Shown piece after piece: positions 30,090 through 39,816 of a stretch of 64,000 nt of DNA (within the stretch, counting starts at the first letter, position 1; each line of letters opens with the position of its first letter). The position numbers and the translations under genes were made by a program. The notes under the pieces are model-generated. The model was not told the origin of the DNA, did not search any database, and saw only the letters and a program-made list of their open reading frames with translations. Origin of the DNA: an uncultured Pseudomonadota bacterium (GTDB taxonomy: Bacteria > JAMCPX01); assembly GCA_964547905.1 (NCBI GenBank), contig CAZJPN010000092.1:3911-67910 (forward strand). Direction: 5' to 3'.

Positions 30090-32120
30090 TTACTGTTTGC
30101 TTTTATTAAAAGAAGAATTTACAAACATGGATTCGATTACATCTTTATATTTCTGGTTTATTATCCTGCGTTTTAACTTCAGTGTTGGCGTAAGTTCGCC
30201 TGTCTCCACTGTAAAAGGTGTTTCCATAACAGTATAATATTTTATCTGTTCATAACGTGCCAATTTCTCGTTTACCTCATCCACCTGTTTCTTTATAAGT
30301 TCCTTGCTCTTGGGGTGTTCCATGAGCTCCTTTTCATTTGCATATTGAATACCATTGTCCTTCGCAAATATCTTAAGCTCTTTAAAATCCGGGATAATGA
30401 GTGCAGCAATGTACTTTCTTCCATCTCCCACAAGACAGACCTGATCAATATAAGGTTTTGCTATTAAAGACAGCTCAATCGGATGCGGGGCTATATTCTT
30501 GCCTCCGGATGTAACGAATAACTCTTTTTTCCGATCCGTTATGGTTAAAAACCCTTCTTTATCAAACTCTCCTATATCGCCTGTCTTAAACCATCCATCC
30601 TCGGTAAATACCTCTTTTGTTTCTGCGGGCATGTTCCAGTAGCCTTTGAATATCTGCGGTCCCTTCACAAGTATTTCCCCGTCTTCTGCAAGTTTTTCTT
30701 CTGTCCAGAGTACGGGTCTGCCCACAGTACCTGGTTTTATCTGGAGTCTGTGTGCTACCGTGTTATAGGCGAGAGAGAGTTTCAGGGAACGAATAGGGTT
30801 TGTGTATGGCGATTTACCCTTTGCCTGTTGGGTAATCATGAGATCGACTGTCCAATCTACCATTTTCCTTTTAAACCAACCAAGCTTATCGACATCCATA
30901 TCTCTAAATTCAGGCTCATTAAAATTTATAACCGGGGCTGTTTCTGTGAGGCCGTAACCCTCGTTGAGTTGAATACCGAGAGACCTTATAAAAACACAAA
31001 CCTCTTTTGATAATTTGCCTCCGCCGGATACGGCGAGTACCAATCTGTCCAATCCGGCCTGCTGCTTTATCTTATTAAACATAAGGCTATTTGCGATAGA
31101 AAACTTTAATAGATCAAGTTGTGGAAGCCGTGTTCCGGTTGCCATACTGTTGGTAAACTTTTCGCCTTGACGAAGCGACCAGTCAAAGAGTTTCCTATAA
31201 AAGTTATGCTGCCTTGAAAAGACGGAACGTACCATATCATAGGTTTTCTCATAAAACCTCGGGATGCTTACGACAACGTTGGGTCTCAATTCGAGAAGAT
31301 TCTTTTGAATGGTATCAAAACTTTCAGCGAATGCAAGTGTACCACCTAATTTGAGACCGCTTACGAGATAGTCGGATGTTCTGCCATAGACGTGGCAAAG
31401 AGGAAGGTGGACAAGACTGAGCATATGCAGATCGAGGTCGGCTACTCGCCTGAGCAATGTAGAGTTGGAACTCTGTTGCATATTTGCCACCCAGTTTGAC
31501 TGGGTAAGTATTGCCCCTTTTTGTCTTCCCGTGGTACCGGAGGTGTAGATAATGGAGGCAATATCATCCGGCTTTACTGCCTGTATATTTTCTTCTATAG
31601 TTTTTTTATTGCCTTTGTTTTGTCCTATCCTCATCACCTCCGTAAAAGTGTGTACAAATTCAGGTTTCGATCCCTCCCACGGACCCATTGTAATAATAGT
31701 TTTTACATTAGAATCCGTGTCTATTGCTTTCATGGCCATCTCCGCTTTTGGCTGAGTGGATGCGATTACAATTTTTGATCCGCTGTCCTTAAGCATAAAA
31801 GCAAGCTCATCCTTGCTGAGCGTGGGGTACAATGGTACCTCTATAGCACCGCACGCATGAACAGCCTGGTCTGCTATGATCCACCTTGGTCTGCTTTCCG
31901 AAAAAATAGCTGCTCTGTCACCCCTTTTCAGTCCGAGAACAAAAAGTCCTGCTGCAAAATCCATTACTTCATCCTGAGCTTCTTTCCATGTAATAGCACG
32001 CCAGGTGTTAATAGGTTTACCCTCTTTATCGAATTTACCCATGAGAAAGACGTGTTTATCCCCGTATCGTTGAGCTTGATTGTAAAAAATACCGCAAAGG
32101 GTATCATTCTTGTAGGACAT
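30090..32120 (-). CDS. Long-chain fatty-acid--CoA ligase (AMP-binding)
   Basis: IYTSGTTG, GYGLTE, GWFKTGDIG, DRKKELFVTSGGKNIAP and ELTPTLKLKR motifs. Confidence 0.93.
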   Translation of the reverse strand: MSYKNDTLCGIFYNQAQRYGDKHVFLMGKFDKEGKPINTWRAITWKEAQDEVMDFAAGLFVLGLKRGDRAAIFSESRPRWIIADQAVHACGAIEVPLYPTLSKDELAFMLKDSGSKIVIASTQPKAEMAMKAIDTDSNVKTIITMGPWEGSKPEFVHTFTEVMRIGQNKGNKKTIEENIQAVKPDDIASIIYTSGTTGRQKGAILTQSNWVANMQQSSNSTLLRRVADLDLHMLSLVHLPLCHVYGRTSDYLVSGLKLGGTLAFAESFDTIQKNLLELRPNVVVSIPRFYEKTYDMVRSVFSRQHNFYRKLFDWSLRQGEKFTNSMATGTRLPQLDLLKFSIANSLMFNKIKQQAGLDRLVLAVSGGGKLSKEVCVFIRSLGIQLNEGYGLTETAPVINFNEPEFRDMDVDKLGWFKRKMVDWTVDLMITQQAKGKSPYTNPIRSLKLSLAYNTVAHRLQIKPGTVGRPVLWTEEKLAEDGEILVKGPQIFKGYWNMPAETKEVFTEDGWFKTGDIGEFDKEGFLTITDRKKELFVTSGGKNIAPHPIELSLIAKPYIDQVCLVGDGRKYIAALIIPDFKELKIFAKDNGIQYANEKELMEHPKSKELIKKQVDEVNEKLARYEQIKYYTVMETPFTVETGELTPTLKLKRRIINQKYKDVIESMFVNSSFNKSKQ

Positions 32121-32175
32121 ATATCATGCTCCTTTTTTAGATATTGGTTTTTTATATAAGCTTAAACAGTGATAT

Positions 32176-32215
32176 TGTAAATACCCTTTTTAGAACATTT
32201 AAAAACATTTTTGGG
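32176..32215 (-). promoter_or_regulatory. Shared 40-bp promoter/operator motif (copy 1)
   Basis: 34/40 ungapped identity with 46379-46418. On the minus strand: AATGTT-N4-AATGTT direct repeat, then TTTACA-N17-TATATA. Confidence 0.7.
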
Positions 32216-32355
32216 AATGCTTGTACGGCTTAACCGCGGGGAAGATGCATTCCCAGGTTGATAATTTTTTATGCAAAGGTGCTCATAAATATGATATAAG
32301 GAATACCAGTATAAAAACAACTTTTACATAGAAACAATACAGACTGTTATAAATT

Positions 32356-35232
32356 ATGGCTGTTATAGAAGCATTCTCATATAAAGAAGACCTTATTGCC
32401 CATATTGCCGAGAGGCTGATTAAAGAGGCTAAAACCAATATGGACCTTTCGAGGTATGCCGTGGTGTTTCCCGGTAAAAGGCCGGGCATTTACATTACAA
32501 ACTATCTTTCAAACAGGCTAAATCTATCTTTCTTCCCTCCCCGTATATTCACCATAACGGAATTTATGCGTTATCTGACAGGCAAGGATACAGGAGAAAT
32601 AGAATTATTGGATGCGGTATATATGCTGTTTCATATCGTCAGGGGGTTAGACAGGTTGGTAGAAGGACATACGTTTAAGAGCTTTGAAGACTTTGTTTTC
32701 TGGGGTATCGAGATATTCAAGGTAATAGAGGAGTTTGATACAGAACTTGTAGAAGATAAAAGTATTACCTCCGCGAACTTGCCTCATATGCAAGAGGGCT
32801 TTGGAAAGTTGCTCCGTCAATTCTCCAACATAAGATCTGATTTTCATAAAAAACTGGAAAATGCGCATCTTACAACGAGGGGCTTAAACTATTATAAGGC
32901 AGCCCATGATATAAAAGATAAAACACTCAAAGAATTCGATCATATCTATTTTGTTGGACTTATTGCACTTACAAAAGCGGAGGCAGAGGTTATAAAGGCG
33001 TTACTTAACAATAAAAAAGCCTCGTTCTTTACCCAAATAGAAGCAACGGATGAAACCGTTACAACAATCAAACAGAGCCTCGATGCAGAGTTAAATATAA
33101 ACGGCCGGTTGAACACCGAATCACCCAAAATAGTGCTGTGTGAAGCCTCTGATACGCATGAAGAGGTAGAGTCGGTATACAATATATTGAAGAACAATGA
33201 TTTAAACCTGTCAAAAACGGCAATAGTTTTACCTGACGCAGGTACACTTTTGCCGCTTCTATCGAATGTTATGGATTATTTCCCTTATGATTATAACGTA
33301 ACAATGGGCTATCCTCTGAAGAGAACGCCATTTTATGCATTGATAGATGATATTTTTAATGCACAGGAATCAAGGAGGGATGACAGACATTATTATGCAA
33401 AAGATTATTTGAGGGTGCTCAAGCATCCATATGTAAAGGGGATGCATGATCAAACCATACATACCATTGTTCAACAATTGGAAAGGTATATTATAAATAA
33501 AGGTAAGGTGTTCTTTGAGTTAAAAGATATAGAAACCGAAGAACTTTATAATCAGACAATAGAGAGTCTGCAACATATAGAGAACAAATCCATCGATATC
33601 GATATTATAAAATCATATATAAATGAACTGCACGTGTTGTTCTTCAAACCATTTGAGCCCGACAGATTGATTGTTCGCGATTTTGCCGATGCTCTTGATA
33701 AGGTTATCCAGTCGATTCTTAAAAATAGCTCTGCGATACAGTATAAATTTTCACCATCCTTCATAAAAGGATTGATGGATATCATAGATACACTAAGGCA
33801 TGCGGAGTTTAAGGAAGAACAATTTGAAAGGCAAAGGATCTTCTCTATATTGAACAGCTATGCCGAAATGCAGACCATACCTTTCAACGGTATCCCGTTG
33901 AAGGGGTTACAAATACTCGGATTACTTGAAACAAGGGTTTTAAATTTTGACAGGGTGATTCTGCTTGATTGTAATGAAGGGGTTGTGCCGTCGGTATCTA
34001 AATATGAACCCCTTCTTCCGCTTCAGGTACAAAAAACGCTCAAGCTGCCAACATATAGAGAACATGAGCATGTTTTCAGGTATCATTTCAGAAGGCTCAT
34101 CAAAGGTACTCAAGAGGCATATCTTATTTATAGAAAAGGCGATGATGCGGAGAGAAGCAGATTCATAGAAGAAATGATATGGGAGGAGGAAAAGAAAGAA
34201 AAAAGACTCATGGAGTCCGAAAAAGGAAGCGAAGCTGCGCTGAACGAAAAAATAGGATTTGTGAAAAAACAATTCAAGACGGAAATTCATGATCAAAACA
34301 AGATAACCATAGAAAAGAATCACGCCATAATGGAAGTAATCGTTGGTATCATGTCAAGGGGGCTTTCTCCAAGTGCTGTGGACACATATATAGAATGTCC
34401 AGCCCAGTTTTATTATAAGTACATCCTCGGATTAAAAGAGACGGATGAGGTTGGTGAAGAGATCGAAGCAAAGGACATAGGCTCGTTTATTCATAGAGTA
34501 CTCGAGATATTCTATACCGCTCATCTGAACAAGACCTATACCCATCATGAATCCCACGACGCCGTCCTCGAAGGGCTTATCGAGAAGGAATTTAAAACAA
34601 CATTTCACGGAGAAGACAACGGAGAGTTTTTCCTGCTTCAGGAAATCATAAAAAGGCTGCTCAAGGGGTTTATCAGGCAAGACGGGCTGAAGAAGCCGTA
34701 CATTCTTAGTCTTGAAAAAGAACTTTATGCGCCGTTCGATTCCCTTAACGGTGTCCCTGTCCGCTTCCGCGGTAAAATTGACAGGATTGATAAGATAGAT
34801 AATGAGTATCTGATCATTGACTACAAAACGGGCAGCACGGCAAAGATACCGAAGATATCAAAGCTGAAAGAAAGGCTTGAGAATGGCAAAGCCCTTGTTA
34901 CAAGACAGGACATGCAGGAGCTTATCGTATCTTTCCAGTTGCCCATGTATCTTTACCTATGCAATCATAATATGGATAAACTCAGCATCAACAACGCGGG
35001 CTGGGAGCACCTCAATGCATGCCTCTATATGATAAGAAATAAAGACAAGACTTACAAACCTCTGTTTGACTCAAAACATGATCATCTACGAGGAGAGTTG
35101 ATGGAAAAGGTGTTCCTTCCATCATTAAGAAATCTGGCCGATGAAATCCTCGATCCGGCAGTACCTTTCACACGTGATGATTCCGATGAGAACACCTGCA
35201 AATATTGTTCGTTCCTCGCCCTGTGCGGATAA
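32356..35232 (+). CDS. AddB/RexB-like PD-(D/E)XK nuclease with Fe-S staple cysteines
   Basis: GLQILGLLETRVLNF, LSPSA..TYIECP..FY, GKIDRID...IIDYKTG and C-terminal CKYCSFLALC. Confidence 0.85.
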   Translation: MAVIEAFSYKEDLIAHIAERLIKEAKTNMDLSRYAVVFPGKRPGIYITNYLSNRLNLSFFPPRIFTITEFMRYLTGKDTGEIELLDAVYMLFHIVRGLDRLVEGHTFKSFEDFVFWGIEIFKVIEEFDTELVEDKSITSANLPHMQEGFGKLLRQFSNIRSDFHKKLENAHLTTRGLNYYKAAHDIKDKTLKEFDHIYFVGLIALTKAEAEVIKALLNNKKASFFTQIEATDETVTTIKQSLDAELNINGRLNTESPKIVLCEASDTHEEVESVYNILKNNDLNLSKTAIVLPDAGTLLPLLSNVMDYFPYDYNVTMGYPLKRTPFYALIDDIFNAQESRRDDRHYYAKDYLRVLKHPYVKGMHDQTIHTIVQQLERYIINKGKVFFELKDIETEELYNQTIESLQHIENKSIDIDIIKSYINELHVLFFKPFEPDRLIVRDFADALDKVIQSILKNSSAIQYKFSPSFIKGLMDIIDTLRHAEFKEEQFERQRIFSILNSYAEMQTIPFNGIPLKGLQILGLLETRVLNFDRVILLDCNEGVVPSVSKYEPLLPLQVQKTLKLPTYREHEHVFRYHFRRLIKGTQEAYLIYRKGDDAERSRFIEEMIWEEEKKEKRLMESEKGSEAALNEKIGFVKKQFKTEIHDQNKITIEKNHAIMEVIVGIMSRGLSPSAVDTYIECPAQFYYKYILGLKETDEVGEEIEAKDIGSFIHRVLEIFYTAHLNKTYTHHESHDAVLEGLIEKEFKTTFHGEDNGEFFLLQEIIKRLLKGFIRQDGLKKPYILSLEKELYAPFDSLNGVPVRFRGKIDRIDKIDNEYLIIDYKTGSTAKIPKISKLKERLENGKALVTRQDMQELIVSFQLPMYLYLCNHNMDKLSINNAGWEHLNACLYMIRNKDKTYKPLFDSKHDHLRGELMEKVFLPSLRNLADEILDPAVPFTRDDSDENTCKYCSFLALCG

Positions 35233-35399
35233 GGCAGGGCCGTCCATTCTCAAATCATCAATAAGACTGTATAATTCAAACCTGTCCAATATTTGGGCCT
35301 GACCCTTGTCTCCTCTCTTTTGTCATTCCCGCTGGAATTTATCCGGCACTTCTATGAGAAACTCGGGAGGTATGATGCGATCCTATTCAGTGAATATCA

Positions 35400-35504
35400 T
35401 TAAGAATATGCTTCGTCATGAGGGCCAAGGGTAAGGAAAACTATGGTCTTTGAATCTGATTCTTTACAAATCAGCGGTGCACAACCGACAAGGTAAAGTA
35501 TGTT
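35400..35504 (-). pseudogene. Remnant of a RelE/YafQ-superfamily toxin (C-terminus only)
   Basis: Minus-strand translation ...LICKESDSKTIVFLTLGPHDEAYS* directly downstream of the antitoxin; no start codon. Confidence 0.6.
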
Positions 35505-35720
35505 CTATAAATTTTCCATTACCTCTTTGAGAGTCAATAATTTACCACCATGAAGCTGTTTCTTTGCTCGTCGTACAGACTGCATGAGTTCTTTGCTGAA
35601 CATTATTTTCAATGTTTCAGCTATCCTTTCCCAATCTTCAAGACTCAGTACCACAGATTTGGGTTTGCCTTCCGTTGAAGTTATATATTCAATTTTAGGT
35701 AATTTCAGGGTCTTCAACAC
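35505..35720 (-). CDS. Phd/YefM-type antitoxin
   Basis: EGKPKSVVLSLEDWERIAETLKI...LMQSVRRAKKQ pattern; GGAGG Shine-Dalgarno before the GTG start. Confidence 0.75.
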   Translation of the reverse strand: MLKTLKLPKIEYITSTEGKPKSVVLSLEDWERIAETLKIMFSKELMQSVRRAKKQLHGGKLLTLKEVMENL

Positions 35721-36043
35721 AGTTACACCTCCAACAAATCGAATTTACGATACCCGGCAATATATAAAAGTTTCATAATAACATAATATAATTTCTTATG
35801 AAGAAGTCAACAGCACCAATGCTTGATTGCCTTAAAAAAGAAACCTTGGTCAGTGCCCCATTTCTGTGAAAAGCCGTTGACTTTGGACAAAAGATTGCTG
35901 GTTTCTATCAAACCCTAAACAAAAAGTAACTCCGACCCATCCCCCGGATGGGTACCCCGCGCATTTTACAAGCTTCCCTATTGCGGTATTTTTGGTTAAC
36001 CCGGTTGACTTTACATGTCAGTGAACACTATTTTGATACTATC

Positions 36044-38038
36044 ATGACACAGTTCAGATTGGTTTCCGATTATAAACCGAGCGGGGATCAGCCCGATGCG
36101 ATAGCGAGGCTCGTGGACGGCCTGAACAAGGGCTACAAGCATCAGACATTGCTGGGGGTGACCGGATCCGGCAAGACATTTACCATGGCGAATGTAATCC
36201 AGCAGGTACAGCTTCCCACCCTTATCATGGCGCCGAACAAAACACTCGCTGCCCAGCTCTACACGGAAATGCGCGACCTGTTCCCGGACAACGCCGTCGA
36301 ATACTTTGTGAGCTATTATGATTATTATCAGCCCGAGGCGTACAAACCCGAGACCGACACCTACATTGAAAAGGATTCATCCATAAACGACGAGATAGAC
36401 AAGCTCAGGCATTCTGCAACGCACTCTCTTCTGGAGAGGGAAGACGTTATCATTGTTGCGAGCGTTTCCTGCATCTATGGACTGGGTTCGCCCGAGGCGT
36501 ACAAGGGCATGCTTGCCTATGCTGAGACAGGAAGGAAGCTCAACAGGGATGAGTTCATCCACAAGCTCGTCAAGATCCAGTACAACAGGAACAACTATGA
36601 TTTCTACCGGGGGGTATTCAGGGTCATGGGGGATATTGTCGAGGTGTTCCCTGCGTACGAAAACGATACAGGAATCCATGTGGAATTTTTCGGGGACACG
36701 GTCGACACGATATACACATTCGATCCTGTCAGGGGAACAAAGCGGGACATGCTCAGGCGGGTTGTTATCTATCCTGCAAGTCATTATGTAACGGAAGAGC
36801 ATGCGCTCAGCCATGCAGTGGAATCTATAACGCAGGAGCTTGCAGACCGTCTGAAAGAGCTGAGGCAGACGGGCAAACTACTCGAAGTCGAACGCCTGCA
36901 GAGAAGAACGCTCTACGATCTCGAGATGCTGGAGGAGATGGGATACTGTAACGGCATAGAAAACTATTCAAGGCACTTGAGCGGCAGGGCACCCGGAGAA
37001 CCGCCGCCGACCCTGCTTGATTATTTTCCTTCACGGTTCCTCATGCTCGTCGATGAGAGCCATATCACCATTCCCCAGATAGGCGGGATGTACGAAGGTG
37101 ACCGCAGCAGGAAGCGTACCCTTGTCGAGTTCGGGTTCAGGCTGCCCTCGGCACTCGACAACAGGCCGTTAAAGTTTGATGAGTTTGAGAAGAGGGTGGA
37201 CAGGATCATCTACGTCTCAGCAACACCGGCTGACTATGAGATGGTAAAATCCCAGGGTAAGGTGGTTGAACAGATCATCAGGCCGACAGGGCTCATAGAC
37301 CCGGAGATCGTTATCAAGGAGGCAACCAATCAGGTGGATACGCTGCTTGCAGAGATAAGAAGCCGTATCGAAAAAGGCGAAAGGGTGCTGGTTACAACAT
37401 TGACAAAACGCATGGCAGAGGAGCTTACGGAGTATTATGCGGGGCTCGGCATAAAGGTAAAGTACATGCACTCGGACATAGAGACACTCGAGAGAATGGA
37501 CATTATACGGGATCTCAGAATGGGCAAGTTTGATGTTCTGATCGGTATCAACCTCCTCAGGGAAGGACTTGACCTGCCCGAGGTGTCGCTCGTTGCCATA
37601 CTGGACGGAGATAAAGAAGGTTTTTTGAGATCGGCTCGTTCGCTTATCCAGACCATAGGCAGGGCATCGAGAAATGTAAACGGTACGGTCATCATCTTTG
37701 CCGATGTGATGACCAAATCCATACAGCAGGCAATGCAGGAGACAAGCAGAAGGCGCACGAGACAGCTCAGGTATAATGAAGAGCACGGTATTATACCCGA
37801 AACCATAAAAAAGAATATCCAGGAGATACGCACCTCCATCTATGAGCAGGATTATTACACCGTGCCTGTTTCAACTGCAGAGGGCGGGCAGGAATATGTC
37901 AATCCCGATAAAATACCGGACATGCTCAGGGACTTAGAGAAAGATATGAGGAAAGCAGCCAAGGCGCTCGAGTTCGAAAAGGCGGCTGAGATAAGAGACC
38001 GCATCAAAAAGCTTAAAGATGCCTTTTTGCTCGTATAA
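36044..38038 (+). CDS. uvrB: Excinuclease ABC subunit B
   Basis: [35 protein letters not shown] and a C-terminal UVR domain. Start moved to ATG 36044 (MTQFRLVS). Confidence 0.97.
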   Translation: MTQFRLVSDYKPSGDQPDAIARLVDGLNKGYKHQTLLGVTGSGKTFTMANVIQQVQLPTLIMAPNKTLAAQLYTEMRDLFPDNAVEYFVSYYDYYQPEAYKPETDTYIEKDSSINDEIDKLRHSATHSLLEREDVIIVASVSCIYGLGSPEAYKGMLAYAETGRKLNRDEFIHKLVKIQYNRNNYDFYRGVFRVMGDIVEVFPAYENDTGIHVEFFGDTVDTIYTFDPVRGTKRDMLRRVVIYPASHYVTEEHALSHAVESITQELADRLKELRQTGKLLEVERLQRRTLYDLEMLEEMGYCNGIENYSRHLSGRAPGEPPPTLLDYFPSRFLMLVDESHITIPQIGGMYEGDRSRKRTLVEFGFRLPSALDNRPLKFDEFEKRVDRIIYVSATPADYEMVKSQGKVVEQIIRPTGLIDPEIVIKEATNQVDTLLAEIRSRIEKGERVLVTTLTKRMAEELTEYYAGLGIKVKYMHSDIETLERMDIIRDLRMGKFDVLIGINLLREGLDLPEVSLVAILDGDKEGFLRSARSLIQTIGRASRNVNGTVIIFADVMTKSIQQAMQETSRRRTRQLRYNEEHGIIPETIKKNIQEIRTSIYEQDYYTVPVSTAEGGQEYVNPDKIPDMLRDLEKDMRKAAKALEFEKAAEIRDRIKKLKDAFLLV

Positions 38039-38070
38039 AATTGTATTTTTCCAAGTTAATAGTAGGATAA

Positions 38071-38208
38071 TGTAGAAATTTGCTACACTGTGTTGATTAT
38101 TGCAACATCAGTTTAAAATGCTTGTTTTCCTGTGTCTTATCTCTAACTAATAAATCAATATTATAGCCCGTCATGTATTTATAATACCTCTATGGCATAA
38201 AGTATGCA
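38071..38208 (+). promoter_or_regulatory. sigma54 promoter with tandem enhancer sites and a possible IHF site
   Basis: TGGCATaaagtATGCA (GG-N10-GC, 38193-38208); palindromes TGTAG-N7-CTACA (38071-38087) and TGTTG-N7-CAACA (38091-38107); AATCAA-N4-ATA near 38152. Confidence 0.75.
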
Positions 38209-38238
38209 GTATACAAATGATAGGGAAAGGAGGTTAAA

Positions 38239-38982
38239 ATGGAAAGCAACAAAAGATGTCCATTCTTGAAGATTCAGGTATGCGGTTATTGTTCTCTATT
38301 TCCGCTCAAAAAGATGATACCTGTTGATCAGATGAAGACAGCAAGCCTGTGTTTATCCGGTGATTACCAGCAGTGCAGCCAATATGAAGATGTTGCTGAA
38401 AAAGAACGAAACAAGCCGCCTGTATATACTCCTGAAATTGCGGAACAAGATGTAAAAGGCTTTATGATCAGAAAGAATTGTTTTTATCATTACGGGCACA
38501 CCTGGGTAAAAAAGGAGGGTGAGAACACGGTAAAGATCGGTATAGACAGCTTTGCGAGCAAGTTACTCAGCAACATACAGAACATACAACCGGTATCTGA
38601 CACGAACATCCTGAACAGCGGCAAGGCATTTATGAAGGTTCAATGCGGCGGTAAAACGGGTTTGCTCATGAGTCCTATAGACGGCGGCATATTAAATGTA
38701 AACGAATCTGTTCAACACGATGCGGGTATTGTAAATAGAGAGCCTTATGACAACGGATGGCTTCTGTCTGCGCGTATTAAAAATGACGGCTTGAAATGGC
38801 TGTTGAATGAGGAGTTGGCAGGAAAATGGATGGAGATAGAAGCGGAAAGACTTCACAGTATTATCAGACAGGATATCGGCATGACAATTACCGATGGCGG
38901 TATCATAATTGAAAGCCTTGCCGCTGTAATAGATGAAGCGGAATGGAAAGCACTCATACGGGCATTCCTGCTCAATGAGTAA
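38239..38982 (+). CDS. GcvH-like protein with Cys-rich N-terminal domain, lacking the lipoyl motif
   Basis: YHYGHTWVK, IGIDSFA, SPIDG and REPYDNGWL are H-protein-fold motifs; the N-terminus has CPFL..CGYC...C...C. Confidence 0.8.
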   Translation: MESNKRCPFLKIQVCGYCSLFPLKKMIPVDQMKTASLCLSGDYQQCSQYEDVAEKERNKPPVYTPEIAEQDVKGFMIRKNCFYHYGHTWVKKEGENTVKIGIDSFASKLLSNIQNIQPVSDTNILNSGKAFMKVQCGGKTGLLMSPIDGGILNVNESVQHDAGIVNREPYDNGWLLSARIKNDGLKWLLNEELAGKWMEIEAERLHSIIRQDIGMTITDGGIIIESLAAVIDEAEWKALIRAFLLNE

Positions 38983-39009
38983 GTGTTAAAAAGAAAGGAG
39001 GATACTAAA

Positions 39010-39696
39010 ATGGTAGCGATAATGGTTGCAATAACAATTATAGGGTTCGTTGTACTTGACCTTGTAGTTCAGAGCTTAAAGGGTAAAAAGGGTAAAGAGG
39101 AACAACAGGTAAAACTTGATTTCTCCGACTTCAGGGTACCGGTAAGTACATTCTTTTATCCGGGACACACATGGGTCAACATACTTCCCAACGGTGAAGT
39201 GCGTGTTGGTCTCGACGACTTTGTCAGGAAGGTAATCGGCGACATAGAAGGCGTGGGATTTCCGGAACAGGGCAAGAAACTGAAACAGGGAGAAGCAGCC
39301 TTTACAGTAAAGGCAGGCAACAAAACGCTTACATTCCGGTCTCCAATTGATGGAGAGGTAACCAATATAAACAAGCTCATGCTTGCCAATCCTACTGAAG
39401 TTGCAAAGAGTGCATACAACAGCGGCTGGATACTGGCGGTAAAGCCAACAAACCTTTCTGCAAATCTTAAGGTAATGAAGATCGCAGAAGAAGCCGTTGA
39501 ATGGCTCAAGGCGGAGATCAGAAGATTCCGTGAATTTGCGCTTGGTGAAAACCTTCACTACGTAAAGGATGAACTCCAGTATGAAGTCGGGCGCACGAGC
39601 CAGGACGGCGGATGCCTTACGGAAGGTATGTTGAGCCGCATGGATGAGAAGGCTGTAACGTACTTTGAAGAAGAGTTCCTCGGTAAACCCCGTTAG
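39010..39696 (+). CDS. Membrane-anchored GcvH-like protein lacking the lipoyl motif
   Basis: N-terminal TM helix MVAIMVAITIIGFVVLD (start ATG 39010 after AAGGAG); GHTWV, VGLDDF, SPIDGEV and YNSGWI motifs. Confidence 0.8.
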   Translation: MVAIMVAITIIGFVVLDLVVQSLKGKKGKEEQQVKLDFSDFRVPVSTFFYPGHTWVNILPNGEVRVGLDDFVRKVIGDIEGVGFPEQGKKLKQGEAAFTVKAGNKTLTFRSPIDGEVTNINKLMLANPTEVAKSAYNSGWILAVKPTNLSANLKVMKIAEEAVEWLKAEIRRFREFALGENLHYVKDELQYEVGRTSQDGGCLTEGMLSRMDEKAVTYFEEEFLGKPR

Positions 39697-39816
39697 AAGG
39701 ACTTACGGAGAGCGGGGCTTTTTACAGAATAAAAAGGCGTACACAAGGCGGGTTGCATAACACCTTTAACTGGGTGCGGTATTATGATAGAACAAAGATA
39801 AGAAAGGAGCAGATAT

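Noticed and set aside
35400-35507. In-frame TAG between the antitoxin and the toxin remnant, suggesting readthrough or pyrrolysine
   Set aside because: A one-in-three chance coincidence. Most of the toxin is missing and there is no pyl evidence in the window.
35948-36043. LexA/SOS box or N-terminal extension of uvrB
   Set aside because: No convincing match to a LexA box that I know; the extension spans promoter-like sequence.
38239-39696. Glycine cleavage system or sHdr-LbpA sulfur oxidation
   Set aside because: The lipoyl-lysine motif is absent and there are no gcvP/T, shdr or lipoate-ligase genes in the window.
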